Shown here: piece by piece, positions 6,017 through 12,264 of the stretch | Numbering within the stretch: the first letter of the stretch is position 1 | Layout of the letters: each line of letters opens with the position of its first letter | Assembly (NCBI GenBank): GCA_043803685.1 | Contig: JAZDJU010000074.1 | Coordinates: forward strand, 1 to 12,264 | Reading direction: 5' to 3' | DNA: 12,264 nt | From: Candidatus Omnitrophota bacterium | Lineage (GTDB): Bacteria; Omnitrophota; Omnitrophia; Omnitrophales; Aquincolibacteriaceae | Position numbers and translations under genes: made by a program | The notes under the pieces: generated by a model | Seen by the model: only the letters and a program-made list of their open reading frames with translations | Told to the model about the DNA's origin: nothing | Databases searched by the model: none

Positions 6017-7444
6017 ATGACCACTTCGGATTACGGGCACAGGTTCCTTCCCAAGGATTCCCTCACGGAGATCCTGGCGAATTTCCAGGACGGGCGCAAA
6101 GTGCGCGTGGCGGGGCGAATGATGACACGCCGGGACATGGGGAAGAGCGCGTTCGCGGACCTGAAGGACGAGGGCGCGCGCATGCAGATCTATGCCAAGA
6201 AGGACATCTTGGGCGAAGAGAACTACAAGTTCTTCACGGGGCTTTCGCTGGGGGACATTATCGGTCTCGAGGGGGAGCTTTTCAAATCCAAGACCGGGGA
6301 GCCTACGATCAAGATCGAGAAATTCGAGCGGCTTTCCAAGATCGTACGGACCCTGCCTGAGAAATGGCATGGCTTAAAGGACGTGGAGACGCGCTACCGC
6401 CACCGCTACGTGGATTTGATCTCCAACGACGAAGTGCGGGCGACCTTCAAGGCTCGCAGTCGCATTATTCGTGAGATCCGCGCGTTTCTCGACAGTAAGG
6501 ATTTTATGGAAGTTGAAACGCCCATGATGCAACCCCTGGCCGGCGGCGCGCGCGCGAAACCGTTCGTGACACACCACCATACGCTCCACACCGACCTTTT
6601 CCTTCGCGTGGCGCCGGAGCTTTATCTCAAGCGCCTTCTTGTGGGAGGTTTTGAAAAAGTCTATGAGATCAATCGCAACTTCAGGAATGAAGGCATCTCG
6701 GTGCGTCACAATCCCGAATTTACGATGATGGAACTTTACCAGTCGTACGCGGATTATGAAGACATGATGAATATCACCGAAGAGCTGACGCACCACCTCG
6801 TGACAATGCTCTACGGAAAAGATGAGATCCCGTACGGAGACAAGGTGTTGAACTTCAAGCGGCCCTGGAAACGCATTTCCTTTTACGGCGCGCTCGAGGA
6901 AGCGACGGGGATGGACTTCCGGAAGGTGAATGTTCGCGAAGCGGCGAAGCAACTTCACGTGGAAATTGCCGATAACATGGAGGACATCGATGTCCTGAAT
7001 GAGATCTTCGGGGAAAAGGTTGAGAAGGATTTCTGGGACCCGGTGTTCGTGATCGATTATCCGACCGTTATGACGCCTCTGGCGAAGGCCAAAGCCGACG
7101 ACCCGGAACTCGTGTACCGTTTCGAGCTTTTCGTCGCGAAGATGGAGATCGCCAACGCTTTTTCAGAGTTGAATGACCCGTCGGTCCAGCGCGAGCGGCT
7201 CACGGAGCAAAAGGAATTGATCGGCGAATCGAAAGAGATCGACGAGGATTTTCTCATGGCGCTCGAGTACGGGATGCCTCCTGCCGGGGGATTGGGGATT
7301 GGCATTGACCGGCTGGTCATGTTGCTCACGAACCAGGCTTCGATCCGGGATGTGATCCTGTTCCCGCAGTTGAAGCCGGAGAAGAAGGCTGAAGGAAATG
7401 CAATGCAGGATGATCAGCTTCCCCCTTTTGTAAAGGGGGAGTGA
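6017..7444 (+). CDS. lysS: Lysine--tRNA ligase (class II)
   Basis: OB-fold VRVAGRMM..R.MGK..F, LPEKWHGLKDVETRYR, FMEVETPMM, FRNEG..HNPEFTMMELY, LEYGMPPAGGLGIGIDRLVMLL; SD AAGGA at 6004-6008. Confidence 0.98.
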   Translation: MTTSDYGHRFLPKDSLTEILANFQDGRKVRVAGRMMTRRDMGKSAFADLKDEGARMQIYAKKDILGEENYKFFTGLSLGDIIGLEGELFKSKTGEPTIKIEKFERLSKIVRTLPEKWHGLKDVETRYRHRYVDLISNDEVRATFKARSRIIREIRAFLDSKDFMEVETPMMQPLAGGARAKPFVTHHHTLHTDLFLRVAPELYLKRLLVGGFEKVYEINRNFRNEGISVRHNPEFTMMELYQSYADYEDMMNITEELTHHLVTMLYGKDEIPYGDKVLNFKRPWKRISFYGALEEATGMDFRKVNVREAAKQLHVEIADNMEDIDVLNEIFGEKVEKDFWDPVFVIDYPTVMTPLAKAKADDPELVYRFELFVAKMEIANAFSELNDPSVQRERLTEQKELIGESKEIDEDFLMALEYGMPPAGGLGIGIDRLVMLLTNQASIRDVILFPQLKPEKKAEGNAMQDDQLPPFVKGE

Positions 7445-7496
7445 GGGGGATTTTCAAAAATCTCCCCCAGCCCCTCTTTGTGAAAGAGGGGAGAAG
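7418..7496. repeat. Inverted doublet of CCCCCTTT-N3-AAAGGGGG-type palindromes spanning the lysS stop
   Basis: TCCCCCTTT-TGT-AAAGGGGGA, GGGGGATTTT-C-AAAAATCTCCCC and CCCCTCTTT-GTG-AAAGAGGGG, bounded by CTTC...GAAG. Confidence 0.8.
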
Positions 7497-7519
7497 TAAC
7501 ATGATGATGAGGAGTTCTT

Positions 7520-8827
7520 ATGGGATTTGAGACATTTATCGCGGGAAGACATTTAATGCGGCGCCGGAAGACGGGGTTCATTTCGCTCATTTCCCTGATC
7601 TCGATCAGTGGTGTGGCGATCGGTGTCATGGCCCTCATTGTGGTGCTGGCGGTGATGAGCGGTTTTGACCGCGAGCTCAAGAACAAGATCGTGGGCGTCC
7701 AACCGCACCTGAGGATCGAAAAGGTGGACGGGATCGAGGACGCGGAGCATGACCTTGCCGCGATCCGCAGCCACAACATTCCGGGACTTGTTTCCGCGTC
7801 GAGGTTCGTCGAGGGGCAGGCCATTCTCCGGAACACCAAGAACGCGACGGGCGTGCTGGTCAAGGGGGTTGATCCTGTGACCGAGGATATGAGCATCTTT
7901 GAGAAGAACATGATCTCGGGCACTCTCAATTTCAAGGACTCGGTGCAGATCGAACGCAAGCGGTTCCTGTGGTTCTTCAAACGGAAGATCGAGACGCGTC
8001 ACGGCAGTGTTTTTATCGGAGAGAACCTGGCGGCTTCACTTGGCGCGCAGGTGGGGGATGTGATCTATATGATCACCCCTATTCCCGAGCCTGAGAATCC
8101 GTTCGTTCCGCTTCCGATGCACGTGCGGACCTGGCCATTTCTGGTGCGTGGCATTTACCGCGTGGGGATGAACGATTTTGATACGTCGCTCGCGCTTGTG
8201 ACGATCGAACAGGCGCAGAGGGTTTACCAGATGGGCAGTAAGGTGACCGGGATCAGTATGCGCTTCAAGAACGTGGACGACGCGGAGAAATGGAAGTGGG
8301 TGATCGCCGGAGATTTCTCGAGCCAGTATTATTTCCGTTCCTGGTATGACATGAACCAGAATTTCTTCCAGGCGCTTAAAGTCGAGAAAAGCGTAATGAC
8401 GATCCTCCTGGCGCTGATCATTTTGGTGGCGTCGTTCAACATTATTTCGACCCTCACCATGGTCGTGATGGAAAAGACCAAGGACATCGGGATCCTCAGA
8501 GCGCTCGGCGCGACGCGCATGAGCGTCCGCCGTATTTTTGTCCTCGAAGGGTTCAGCATCGGGTCGTTGGGGATCGTGCTCGGGGCGGTGGCGGGGCTTG
8601 CGCTTGCGTACAACCTGAATCCCGTGGCGGATTTTCTTAAGAAAACGACGGGGCTCGAGGTGTTCCCGAGTGACATTTATCTTTTTGACCGCATTCCTTC
8701 CGAGGTGCATATGCCGGACGTTGTCATGATCGTGGGGTTTGCCTTGATCGTGGCAGTAGTGGCGGGTTTTTACCCCGCGCACCGGGCGGCCAGTCTTAAT
8801 CCTGTGGAGGCGCTTCGCTATGAGTAA
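7520..8827 (+). CDS. lolE: Lipoprotein-releasing ABC transporter permease (LolC/E/F family)
   Basis: FISLISISGVAIGVMALIVVLAVMSGF, ASFNIISTL.MVVMEKTKDIGILRALGA, YPAHRAASLNPVEALRYE; SD GAGGAG. Confidence 0.93.
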   Translation: MGFETFIAGRHLMRRRKTGFISLISLISISGVAIGVMALIVVLAVMSGFDRELKNKIVGVQPHLRIEKVDGIEDAEHDLAAIRSHNIPGLVSASRFVEGQAILRNTKNATGVLVKGVDPVTEDMSIFEKNMISGTLNFKDSVQIERKRFLWFFKRKIETRHGSVFIGENLAASLGAQVGDVIYMITPIPEPENPFVPLPMHVRTWPFLVRGIYRVGMNDFDTSLALVTIEQAQRVYQMGSKVTGISMRFKNVDDAEKWKWVIAGDFSSQYYFRSWYDMNQNFFQALKVEKSVMTILLALIILVASFNIISTLTMVVMEKTKDIGILRALGATRMSVRRIFVLEGFSIGSLGIVLGAVAGLALAYNLNPVADFLKKTTGLEVFPSDIYLFDRIPSEVHMPDVVMIVGFALIVAVVAGFYPAHRAASLNPVEALRYE

Positions 8828-9554
8828 TATTGTGGAAGCTCCGCTTCTCAGCGCGTTTGACGTTCGCAAAGAATACGAAACGCCCGCCGCGACTCTCGAG
8901 ATCCTTCGTTCGGTGCAGTTGATCGTCCGTAAGGGGGAGATGGTTTTTATCACCGGAAAATCGGGTTGCGGAAAATCGACACTGCTTCACATTCTTGGAG
9001 GTCTCGACCGGGCAACGGACGGGAGGATCTTTTTCGGGGGTCAGGATATGGTCGAGATGTCCGAAAGGGAATTGGCGCATTTACGCAGTCACCAGATCGG
9101 TTTCGTGTTCCAGTTCTACCATTTGTTGCCCGAGCTTACCGTTTATGAGAATGTGCTTCTGCCGACCCTGATCGCGGGCAAGCCCAACAAACCGTGGGTC
9201 AAGGAAATGCTGAAGCGCGTGCGTCTCTGGAACCGGAGGACTCATTACCCGTCCGAACTTTCCGGAGGCGAGCAGCAGCGTGTGGCGATCGCGAGGGCGC
9301 TTGTGAACCGTCCGGCGGTCGTGCTTTGTGACGAGCCTACCGGGAATCTGGACGCCGAAACCGCGAGTTCGGTGATGACGCTCCTCACCGAACTGAATCA
9401 GCAGGAAGGCCAGGCGTTCCTTATCGTGACGCACGACGAGGAGATGGCGTCGCAGTACGCGCGTTCCTATCGTTTGCAGGACGGCGTGCTCGTGCCAGGG
9501 CAATCCAAGGTCCCGGGGCCTGACAAGATCATTAACAGCAGACCGGCTTTATAA
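8820..9554 (+). CDS. lolD: Lipoprotein-releasing ABC transporter ATPase
   Basis: Walker A GKSGCGKST, IGFVFQFYHLL, LSGGEQQRVAIARAL, DEPTGNLD; start overlaps the permease end. Confidence 0.93.
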   Translation: MSNIVEAPLLSAFDVRKEYETPAATLEILRSVQLIVRKGEMVFITGKSGCGKSTLLHILGGLDRATDGRIFFGGQDMVEMSERELAHLRSHQIGFVFQFYHLLPELTVYENVLLPTLIAGKPNKPWVKEMLKRVRLWNRRTHYPSELSGGEQQRVAIARALVNRPAVVLCDEPTGNLDAETASSVMTLLTELNQQEGQAFLIVTHDEEMASQYARSYRLQDGVLVPGQSKVPGPDKIINSRPAL

Positions 9555-9577
9555 TCGTGAGAAACCAGGAGAAAAAA

Positions 9578-10483
9578 ATGGAACCTCAGATCTACCTCGA
9601 CGGCAAGTGGTATCCCAAAAGCGAAGCCAAGATCTCGGTCTTCGACCACGGACTTTTGTACGGCGACGGCGTTTTTGAAGGGATCCGCGCTTATGACGGA
9701 CTGGTTTTTAAATTGGACGAACACTTGGAACGGCTTTGGGAATCGGCGCACACGCTGATGCTCACGATCCCGATCGACATGAAGGAAATGAAAGCCGCGG
9801 TTATCGGGACGCTCAAGAAGAACGGCCTGACGGACGCCTACATTCGCGTGGTGGTGACGCGCGGAGTGGGGGATCTGGGGCTCTCCCCCTGGCTCTGCAA
9901 AAAGGCCACGGTCTTCATTATCACGGACAAGATCACGCTCTACCCGAAGGAGCTTTATCAAAAGGGGCTTGAGATCATCACCGTGCCGACGGTCCGGAAT
10001 CTGCCGGAGGCGGTGAATCCTTCGATCAAGAGCCTGAACTATCTGAATAACATCATGGCGAAGATCGAGGCCAAGAACGGCGGTTGCATGGAAGCGCTCA
10101 TGCTCAATCATCAGGGCTACGTGGCGGAATGCACCGGCGATAATGTGTTCATGGTGAAAAAGACCGGCAAGGGAAAGACCGTGAAGGACTACATTCTGCT
10201 CACGCCGCCCACTTATCTTGGCGCTTTGAAGGGCATCACCCGTCAGGCGATCCTCGACATCGCGGCGAAGATCAAGTTGCCATCCGAGGAACGGATCATC
10301 ACAAGACATGATCTTTTTAACGCGGACGAAGTGTTTCTCACGGGGACGGCGGCGGAAGTCATTCCTGTCGTGAAGATCGACGGCCGTGGGATCGGTGAAG
10401 GCAAACCGGGAAAGATCACGAACAGGCTTCTCAAGGAATTCCAGGAGCTGACCCGCAAAGACGGCGTGCGCTTCACTCTTTAA
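9578..10483 (+). CDS. ilvE: Branched-chain amino acid aminotransferase (class IV PLP enzyme)
   Basis: SVFDHGLLYGDGVFEGIRAY, KSLNYLNN (PLP lysine), ECTGDNVF, LKGITR, ADEVFLTGTAAEV. Start set at ATG 9578 (SD AGGAG 9567-9571) rather than GTG 9557. Confidence 0.95.
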   Translation: MEPQIYLDGKWYPKSEAKISVFDHGLLYGDGVFEGIRAYDGLVFKLDEHLERLWESAHTLMLTIPIDMKEMKAAVIGTLKKNGLTDAYIRVVVTRGVGDLGLSPWLCKKATVFIITDKITLYPKELYQKGLEIITVPTVRNLPEAVNPSIKSLNYLNNIMAKIEAKNGGCMEALMLNHQGYVAECTGDNVFMVKKTGKGKTVKDYILLTPPTYLGALKGITRQAILDIAAKIKLPSEERIITRHDLFNADEVFLTGTAAEVIPVVKIDGRGIGEGKPGKITNRLLKEFQELTRKDGVRFTL

Positions 10484-10523
10484 AAGATCGTAAAAATCCC
10501 CTGAGTCATTCTCGTGACAAGAA

Positions 10524-10542
10524 AAAGGGGTCTGACCCCTTT
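10524..10542. repeat. REP-like palindrome, copy 4 (ilvE-mcsA spacer)
   Basis: AAAGGGGTC-T-GACCCCTTT. Confidence 0.9.
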
Positions 10543-10578
10543 ATTAAAAAATCAGGGATAAAAAGGTAATACCCATAA

Positions 10579-11097
10579 ATGATCTGCAATGTCTGCGGTA
10601 CCAAAGAGGCGACCATCCACCTGACCGAGATCGTTAACGGGAAGATGGCCGAAGTCCACATCTGCGAAGCCTGCGCCGAAGAAAAAGGCACGGAGTTCAA
10701 GACCTATTTCAATTTCGGAGACCTGCTGGCGGGGATCCCGGGTCTTGAAAAGAGTGACGCTTCGGGTAAGAAAACGCCGCTCGTCTGCAAGGAGTGCGGC
10801 ATGAATTACGAGGATTTTGCGAAGAACGGGCGTCTCGGCTGCGCGGGTTGTTACACCTCATTCCAGAAGCCGCTCGCGGTCGTGATCAAACAAGTCCAGC
10901 GATCGGGTTTCCACGTCGGGAAAAAACCGTCCCGTATTCCCAAAGAGACTCGCAGCGTCCACGACCTGCGCCAGCTCCAGGAGAGGCTCCGCAAGAGCAT
11001 CCAGGACGAGGCGTTCGAGGATGCGGCTCGTTTACGGGACGAGATCAAACAGACCCTGGACAAATTCAAGAAACCCAAGAGGCCGAAAAGTGAGTGA
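10579..11097 (+). CDS. mcsA: Protein-arginine kinase activator McsA
   Basis: Four CxxC motifs (CNVC, CEAC, CKEC, CAGC), GRLGC, HVGKKP, C-terminal UVR motif EAFEDAARLRDEIK. Confidence 0.95.
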   Translation: MICNVCGTKEATIHLTEIVNGKMAEVHICEACAEEKGTEFKTYFNFGDLLAGIPGLEKSDASGKKTPLVCKECGMNYEDFAKNGRLGCAGCYTSFQKPLAVVIKQVQRSGFHVGKKPSRIPKETRSVHDLRQLQERLRKSIQDEAFEDAARLRDEIKQTLDKFKKPKRPKSE

Positions 11098-12154
11098 GAT
11101 CGATCGTTTCATTGGTCAGCCGGTGAATTGGCTCCGCGCCACGGGTCCCGAAAGCGACGTGGTCATCAGCTCGCGCCTGCGTATGGCTCGCAACCTCGCC
11201 AATTTTCCTTTTCTGAGCCGCCTCGCGGCGGAGCAGCGCGACGCGATCATTCACGAGGTTGGGGAAGTGGTCAAGAGGTCGAATTTCCTGAAAGAAGCTT
11301 ATTTTTTGTCCTCACCGGAACTCTCCGAGATCGACCGGCAATTCCTGTTGGAGCGTCATTTGGTCAGCCGGGAACTTTTTTTGGAGGAAGGTAAAAGCGC
11401 GGTTGCCATTACTCCGGATGAAACCGTGAGTCTCATGGTGATCGAAGAAGACCATCTCCGGCTTCAGGTGTTCCAGTCGGGACTGAATCTGGCCGAGACG
11501 TGGCGCATTGCTGACGAGATCGACACGGAGCTTGAAAAAGACCTGGATTACGCTTTTGACGGGACACTCGGGTATCTCACGGCCTGTCCGACGAACCTCG
11601 GGACCGGGATGCGGGCTTCGTGCATGTTGCATTTGCCAAGTCTTGTGCTTACCAAGCAGGTCCACAAAGTCCTGCAGGCGCTTTCCAAGCTCAACCTCGC
11701 GGTGCGCGGACTTTACGGCGAGGGAACGCAGGCGAGCGGGAATTTTTTTCAGTTCTCCAATCAGATCACATTGGGTCAGCCCGAGGACGAGATCATCTCG
11801 AACCTTGAAGGGGTGATCCGCCAGGTCATCACGCACGAACGTGAGGCGCGGGAGTACCTCAAGAAAAAACGCAAAGGCAAAATGGAAGACCAGATCTGGC
11901 GCGCGCTGGCGGCGCTCAAGGCGGCGCGGCTTATCTCCTCCTCGGAGGCGGTCCAGCTTCTGTCTCTCGTGCAGGTCGGGATCGACGTCGGGGTCCTGGA
12001 AGGGCAGGTCACGCACACGGACTTGAATCAGCTTTTTCTTTTGATCCAACCCGCGCATCTCCAGAAGATGAACGGAAAAGAACTGAGCGCCACGGAACGC
12101 GATGCCCGTCGCGCTTCCCGTATCCGTGAATATTTCTCAAAAGTCGTTCTTTAG
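11090..12154 (+). CDS. mcsB: Protein arginine kinase McsB
   Basis: SSRLRMARNL, EEDHLRLQ, GYLTACPTNLGTGMRAS, VRGLYGEGT, QPAHLQ, RDARRA. Start set at GTG 11090, overlapping the mcsA stop and preceded by AGAGG. Confidence 0.95.
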   Translation: MSEIDRFIGQPVNWLRATGPESDVVISSRLRMARNLANFPFLSRLAAEQRDAIIHEVGEVVKRSNFLKEAYFLSSPELSEIDRQFLLERHLVSRELFLEEGKSAVAITPDETVSLMVIEEDHLRLQVFQSGLNLAETWRIADEIDTELEKDLDYAFDGTLGYLTACPTNLGTGMRASCMLHLPSLVLTKQVHKVLQALSKLNLAVRGLYGEGTQASGNFFQFSNQITLGQPEDEIISNLEGVIRQVITHEREAREYLKKKRKGKMEDQIWRALAALKAARLISSSEAVQLLSLVQVGIDVGVLEGQVTHTDLNQLFLLIQPAHLQKMNGKELSATERDARRASRIREYFSKVVL

Positions 12155-12264
12155 GGATTTGCATAAAACTCCGTTATTATAGGCAGTCATGGTCTTCAAT
12201 GCTTTTCCATTAAGGTGACCATGACAGCCCCAATTTCAACTTCGTTGAATTTGATAAGTATTGT
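12155..12264. mobile_element. Possible IS end (IS5/IS1182-like) directly after the mcsB stop
   Basis: Abrupt shift to AT-rich sequence; TTAG followed by GGATTTGCATAAAAC resembles a YTAR target plus IS terminus; hairpin GGCAGTCATGGTC...GACCATGACAGCC (12182-12229). No transposase is visible. Confidence 0.3.

Noticed and set aside
11021..11089. ORF-track N-terminal extension of McsB
   Set aside because: It overlaps mcsA by 77 bp and lacks McsB-like sequence; GTG 11090 fits translational coupling better.

Overview
Bacterial DNA of moderately high GC. The gene order (lysS-lolE-lolD-ilvE-mcsA-mcsB with no ctsR) suggests a PVC-superphylum organism, possibly Omnitrophota (inference only). The right half is a housekeeping operon behind a clear sigma70 promoter and a ~200-nt structured leader. 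The left half holds a divergent GT2 glycosyltransferase and an accessory block dense in palindromes and short repeats (~1370-5770). That block carries two unrelated genes: a membrane sensor (periplasmic domain-TM-PAS-GAF-PAS) with no output domain, and a DUF1016_N/thermonuclease fusion. Both begin with nearly the same upstream DNA and homologous signal peptides, the most unusual feature here. A palindrome AAAAGGGGTC(T/A)GACCCCTTTT occurs four times, twice translated in frame as KGSDPF. Both window ends look like insertion-sequence ends.
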